DNA of 64,000 nucleotides from an uncultured Pseudomonadota bacterium (GTDB lineage Bacteria; Babelota; Babeliae; Babelales; CAIQNR01): NCBI GenBank assembly GCA_964604015.1, contig CAZRXF010000012.1, positions 137,955 to 201,954 of the forward strand, read 5' to 3'. Shown piece by piece: positions 59,001 to 64,000 of this stretch (position 1 is its first letter; each line of letters starts with the position of its first letter). The notes under the pieces were generated by a model. It saw only the letters and a program-made list of their open reading frames with translations, ran no database searches and was not told where the DNA came from. The position numbers and the translations under genes were made by a program.

Positions 59001-59637
59001 CGGTATAGATTCCCACGAGGTACATATAAATTTGATGGAGTGCCACAATGTGCACCTTTCTAAACAACGGAAAAAAACTGGGTGTTGCTTTCAGTGCCCC
59101 CATAAAATTTTCGTACGCTTGGGCAAGTTCTTGATTGTCGGGAAAGAGAGGTTGGGGCGGGGTGAGAATGGTTCGTTGCCCTTGTGTGAAACTGACATTG
59201 TTGAGGTTGCCGATTGCCTGGGCGGCTGTGGGAATTCTGTACTTTGATCGTGGTCCAACTTTCAGGGGTGAGCCACCCATTGAAGTGTCTGAAGTAAACA
59301 TGGCGTTTACTTTTTGAGAGAGCGGCGTGTAAATGCTTGTTAAGATTTGCGAAATAGATTGTGCGGTTGCTTGTGTTGTTTGTTCTGAAAGTGCATTCGC
59401 TGATGTGGCAAAGGGATTGTCTGAAACTGGTGTCGTGACTGGGGCGGGGATTGGTGATTGCTGGAATGGCCCGGTGTTTGCAAGAGATTGTGGGGCAACA
59501 GGAGGTGCGTTGATGCCACTAAACGTACTGTTCCAAGGAACGATTGTTTCCGTAGAAACTGAAGAGCCTACGCAAAGAGAACCCGGTGTAATCGTAATCA
59601 GGATAATGAAGATGGTGGAACGAGCGCTCTTATTCAT
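56044..59637 (-). CDS. Giant exported ORFan protein (1197 aa) with about 10 LTxxQ-like helical repeats
   Basis: Uninterrupted 3.6-kb ORF and first gene of the trio, with AAGGAAACC upstream. Signal peptide MNKSARSTIFIILITITPGSLC. No known domain recognised. Confidence 0.75.
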   Translation of the reverse strand: MNKSARSTIFIILITITPGSLCVGSSVSTETIVPWNSTFSGINAPPVAPQSLANTGPFQQSPIPAPVTTPVSDNPFATSANALSEQTTQATAQSISQILTSIYTPLSQKVNAMFTSDTSMGGSPLKVGPRSKYRIPTAAQAIGNLNNVSFTQGQRTILTPPQPLFPDNQELAQAYENFMGALKATPSFFPLFRKVHIVALHQIYMYLVGIYTALNMTHIDDLKSYMVTEKQYALNKKTLIVNHLVNVVMAQLGQAIRSLLPGLAESSAISTGMRCIQSDQMSDPNIFILDIEKSVLAVLGLEQLDTSLTSLAYLGIRKYMPVLGITETPDLTAALTLLTSTNFSVKNLTPPQARALSQTIYSILAYITAQATTANVDALVSYLTNPETATPSSDQTQLLGSLVTQFSLGEPLTRYISLAQNYAQLLQETTPSATPLTAEERQGLKSILAYILEQYEATTVQELAQVVEILGKLNPTYQVLTPSQALAAKDIALRMLGQPPYTTQLALENLTDTQRADLSYALWVASNNAANTTFSTAQMQLFQSIALPLKENPLSASSLTAQQATALQQALVAFSSYTLAPLTAADFGVQVQSTLTTANPSQSEQQQQNDIMQALQVIQSPSFTSFNQLTTEEQILVLQLFQTFDQVYETRLQSHRQESSSLRFLFGQNPGDTQALCSSITPSQYETLNALDAALEATTGPVSFKILTEIKAPSEKAKWMDPRTALLKLFTVPQAPSQKGVTPPSTAKPRVSTLNGTSFLNILLLIKKRQFQDKLVTNFTASLSPQNVALFQDALPIINQPNFLFNQINAPTRTALATTLTSYKTKVLSQQKAYKPNLNISDPTENALQTVAAVISSHNNFSAMRKAFLAVLKEYLTFFNLYARTLQNISNTPNNPSYVGLTQFADYAHAIRTALQYESSSNDSIAKLLEQANPPLFFYDPATFRGVRLLPKLAAEVENSSVAPYPTFGIEQTVSPNGTALDPLTGQTVTNLQSIGSFAYQKFFFLEAPDATTEVTGILPSWVKKVAVTSSKGTSYLYEPNNLPKDGITGFYMNIPIFGKDPSGAMTIRLYEQPIIAQPAWLNKSGAASGTPQAGAIPSDKAGVVTLLRGCLGDFQALLDLDIFDPCLTIIFSSALALTDDAKLQSVAQTRITSKIPTCSAYLKEKTAMLEAQQSPLAPTAASQALGTTVTTAGGGQ

Positions 59638-59750
59638 GGTTTTGGTGGTTTCCTTGGTTTGATTCCTCTATCAATAGATTCGTTTTTTCTGTATGCTTCA
59701 TTCGCATAAAGAAAGTCAATGAAACATGCGCGTACGAAAAGAGGATTTTT
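59638..59750. promoter_or_regulatory. Divergent intergenic region presumed to hold promoters for the giant-ORF operon and the M23 peptidase gene
   Basis: 113-nt AT-rich spacer between divergently oriented start codons. No promoter hexamers can be assigned with confidence. Confidence 0.3.
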
Positions 59751-60959
59751 ATGAAAAAATTGCAGCTTCTCTTTTGGGTGGTTGTTCTCGGGGTGGTTGG
59801 TTGGATTGGTAAAAATACGTATCACTATTTCTTCGATAAGAAGAGCCCAGAAGTCATTCTCTCTGGTATCACCCAAGGTGGATATTATGCAGGGGATATC
59901 TCCTGTGTGGTGAATGGATGTCATCCCTATAAAGTTGGTAAGATTTCGGTTTTTCTTGATGGAACTCCTCTTATCTACAACTTTTCCATAGGCAAATGTT
60001 CGTTCGAACATCCTTTTACTATTAATACGCGTGCATTAACCAACGGAAAGCATGATCTTAAGGTAAAGCTTGTTGATGGTACATTCCATAAGAATGAAGC
60101 AATCGAGGAACGTCAGTTTAGTGTTGATAACACACACCTGCAGGCCGCTTTTGTGCGCCCTGTTACTGATTTAAAAGTCTTTCAAGGTAAGACGTTGACG
60201 TTGCAGTTTCAATCAAGCAAGCCATTGAAGGAAGCAAAGCTGCATGCATTTAGTAAAACATTTGACTGTGTGCCAGAAAAAGAAGGCTCTCTTGTGTATG
60301 AAACGTTTGTTCCTATCGATTGTGAAGAAACGCCCAATGAGTACCTATTTTCCATCAACTGCATGGATCAGGTTGAAAATGTGGTGACGTTGGAAGGAAA
60401 GCTACAAGTGGTTCCTTTTCCTTTCAAAAAGGGAAATTTAACAGTTTCGGCTGATTACGTTGCAAAAGAAAAAGAGTTAGGGCTTTCGCCACAGCAACTT
60501 ACTGACCAGTTGGCGGTGCTCAGCGAGCAATCACCAGCACGTAAATTGTGGCATGGGCAGTTTTGTGCGCCGACTGACATTTTGAGCATCACAACGGAGT
60601 TTGGAAATATCCGTACAACGCCACAACGGGGACGTTATGCACACAAGGCGATCGATATTGCAAATCATCCACGTAGCATTGTATGGGCACCTCAGGACGG
60701 TAAGGTGGTGGTTAAGGAGCGCTATGGATACAGCGGTAACACAGTGGTCATTGACCATGGGTGTGGGATACTTTCTCTGCTCTTTCACCTCGATTCATTT
60801 GCGGATGATCTTGAAGTAGGGCAGATGATTAAAAAAGGTAATCCTATCGGGCGCCTGGGCAAGACAGGGTATGCAGCAGGGTATCACTTACATTGGGAGA
60901 TGCGCATAAAAAATATCGCCATTGATCCTCTTGAATGGACAAAGTTCTCTGTCGCGTGA
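59751..60959 (+). CDS. M23-family (LytM-type) metallopeptidase, membrane anchored
   Basis: N-terminal TM anchor. C-terminal M23 motifs HKAIDIA, GNTVVIDHGCGILSLLFHL and GYHLHWEM. Confidence 0.85.
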   Translation: MKKLQLLFWVVVLGVVGWIGKNTYHYFFDKKSPEVILSGITQGGYYAGDISCVVNGCHPYKVGKISVFLDGTPLIYNFSIGKCSFEHPFTINTRALTNGKHDLKVKLVDGTFHKNEAIEERQFSVDNTHLQAAFVRPVTDLKVFQGKTLTLQFQSSKPLKEAKLHAFSKTFDCVPEKEGSLVYETFVPIDCEETPNEYLFSINCMDQVENVVTLEGKLQVVPFPFKKGNLTVSADYVAKEKELGLSPQQLTDQLAVLSEQSPARKLWHGQFCAPTDILSITTEFGNIRTTPQRGRYAHKAIDIANHPRSIVWAPQDGKVVVKERYGYSGNTVVIDHGCGILSLLFHLDSFADDLEVGQMIKKGNPIGRLGKTGYAAGYHLHWEMRIKNIAIDPLEWTKFSVA

Positions 60960-61472
60960 GGTGTACTTTATTTTTTTTGCGTGCTATACAGTAGGTCCTT
61001 CGTGAAAATGGAAGTGGCGAGGGGACTGCAGCTCGTATCAGATTTTTGTAAGCCGTTCTTACCTGTACAGGTGGGGACGGTTTTTAGTTTGTAGCCGTGT
61101 AAAAAAGTAAGACAAAAGAAAAAGCCCTCCAACTTAAGAATAAGCTGAAGGGTTAGGGGGGTGAACAACACCGTAGTGTTGTTCGTTTAGGGACGTTCTT
61201 TATTTCAAAATTTGATCGCATCGTAACATTGCGATTGTTCCTTGTCAAGGTTGCTATGGGGGGTAAGTTGAGCTTAAAAGCGGCCATTTTCACGTGGAGA
61301 ACGGTTCCTCTACAAAGCTGAAAAAGGTGACGAACAAAACGGGGCGATAACGGGATTTTTTTCCAGATAAGAAATAGATAAAAATCGAGAGGGTGAACAT
61401 ACGTAGGATGGAGTGACTTAGTGTGGGCAGAGTTGCCTTTTTTGTAAAAATGGAGAGGAGTTGTGCGGGGCG

Positions 61473-63181
<1,709 letters not shown>

Positions 63182-63289
63182 CTAATGAAACAAGGTAAGC
63201 TTTCAGGCTAAAGATTTGTGATCTGCTTGTAAAGATGCAAAGCCATTTTCGCAGCGTTTTTATGCTCTTTTTTGCCGCATAAACCTCAT

Positions 63290-63315
63290 AAAAAAAGAGA
63301 CAGCTGTGCTGTCTC
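63290..63315 (-). terminator. Rho-independent terminator candidate
   Basis: GAGACAG-CTGTG-CTGTCTC hairpin followed on the minus strand by TTTTTTT. Separates the small exported-protein gene from atpD. Confidence 0.65.
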
Positions 63316-63349
63316 CCTCTCGTACTTTGATCTGCTCGTGTAAAACGGA

Positions 63350-63565
63350 TTACTGAGCAGCCACTTCTGTTGCTGGTGTTTCTTCTTGAGCTGTGGTGGT
63401 AGCTTTCTTCACTTCTTGTTGTTCGGTTGCAGATACCGATACTTCTTCAGTGGCGATAACAACTGGTGCTTGTTCTTGTGCTTCTGAAGTAGTTACCACT
63501 TCTTCGGCAATAACAGGGGAAACAACTGCAAGGGTCAATGCTAAAGCGATAGTTTTCATTTTCAT
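63350..63565 (-). CDS. Small exported Thr/Glu/Ala/Val-rich protein
   Basis: AAGGAG lies 7 nt before ATG 63565. Signal peptide MKMKTIALALTLAVVSPVIA. Followed by a hairpin plus T-run. Confidence 0.5.
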   Translation of the reverse strand: MKMKTIALALTLAVVSPVIAEEVVTTSEAQEQAPVVIATEEVSVSATEQQEVKKATTTAQEETPATEVAAQ

Positions 63566-63801
63566 AGAAAAACTCCTTAAAAATAAGATTAAAGTTCGCT
63601 CGAAGTATAAGTTCTTTTGAAGAAATAGCAATAAAACAAATAAGCTTGAGTAATAAGTTTTCTGAGCTTAATGAACAAATAGAGTTTAAAAGTGTGGTGC
63701 TGGTGGCTTTTCTATGTTGCGTTTCAATAGTTTTGACACCTTCTTTTCTCGTTAGGTATTTTTTACCTGGGTAGTGTGTGTTGCCTAGGTAAGGAAAATC
63801 G

Positions 63802-64000
63802 GTGAAGAATATCGTGCTTGTGTATGGACTATTTGGCCTTGTTGGGAACGCCTGTTTTCCTCGGGGTGGTGCGGTACTACGACCAGAAACACTCACTACT
63901 GATCTCAAGCGGTATCTTGACACATCGGTTAATGTTGCAGGTCTTTCTGACTATCATTTTGGCGTGCAGGGTCTCGTAAAGCAGCCGTTTGTTACCACAG
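63802..64000 (+). CDS. 5' part of an unidentified ORF running off the window
   Basis: GTG at 63802 is preceded by AAGGA. The reading frame stays open to the window end (VKNIVLVYGLFGLVGNACFPRGG...). No function assignable. Confidence 0.3.
   Translation, partial: MKNIVLVYGLFGLVGNACFPRGGAVLRPETLTTDLKRYLDTSVNVAGLSDYHFGVQGLVKQPFVTT

Noticed and set aside
60960-61472. About 500-nt gap between the M23 peptidase gene and atpC, including a 67-aa ORF (60968-61171) and the hairpin GAACAACAC-CGTA-GTGTTGTTC (about 61162-61183)
   Set aside because: I looked for a tRNA, tmRNA, SRP RNA or RNase P RNA signature and found none. The ORF lacks start context. An unannotated sRNA is possible, but I cannot support a call.
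63447-63923. 158-aa minus-strand ORF
   Set aside because: It overlaps the better-supported small exported-protein gene (63350-63565) and the plus-strand ORF starting at 63802. It has no SD and an Arg/Ser-rich composition.

Overview
Densely coding bacterial chromosomal window with about 50 supportable CDS. I recognise no rRNA, tRNA, CRISPR array, transposase or phage gene. The backbone is conserved diderm housekeeping genes in tightly packed operons, often with ATGA stop/start overlaps: mnmG-lgt-dnaG-rpoD (minus strand, 235-6857), mraY, an APC permease, a SpoU/TrmH methyltransferase, yhhQ-tgt, murB, trhO, pheT-lspA-comF, two SurA/PpiC-like chaperones, a proline iminopeptidase, a VanX-type dipeptidase, adenosine deaminase, uvrC(short)-clpB-tpiA-secG-mlaE-mlaF, an M23 peptidase and atpD-atpC. 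Between these lie several blocks of lineage-specific ORFans, almost all starting with a signal-peptide-like segment. (i) An 11-kb operon of three translationally coupled giant proteins of 1197, 884 and 1564 aa (48702-59637). (ii) A tandem triplet of paralogues with a CxxC...CxxC motif just after the signal peptide (17581-21406). (iii) Five co-directional small and large exported proteins with His-rich tracts, ENPF repeats and an NLS-like basic tract (10944-14272). (iv) An island of low-complexity acidic or Ala/Gly/Pro-rich proteins, two of which share a C-terminal hydrophobic hairpin module (37769-41719). (v) An ankyrin-like exported protein (14507-15595). A previously unrecognised foldback (long imperfect palindrome) repeat family sits in three intergenic regions (31621-32469, 38829-39099, 48229-48691). 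Two copies differ by compensatory substitutions that preserve a hairpin. Shortened housekeeping proteins combined with exported proteins carrying eukaryote-like linear motifs suggest a host-associated or intracellular bacterium, for example a Dependentiae/TM6-like or similar protist symbiont. That taxonomic reading is inference only. All functional calls rest on motif recognition by eye; no database search was possible.
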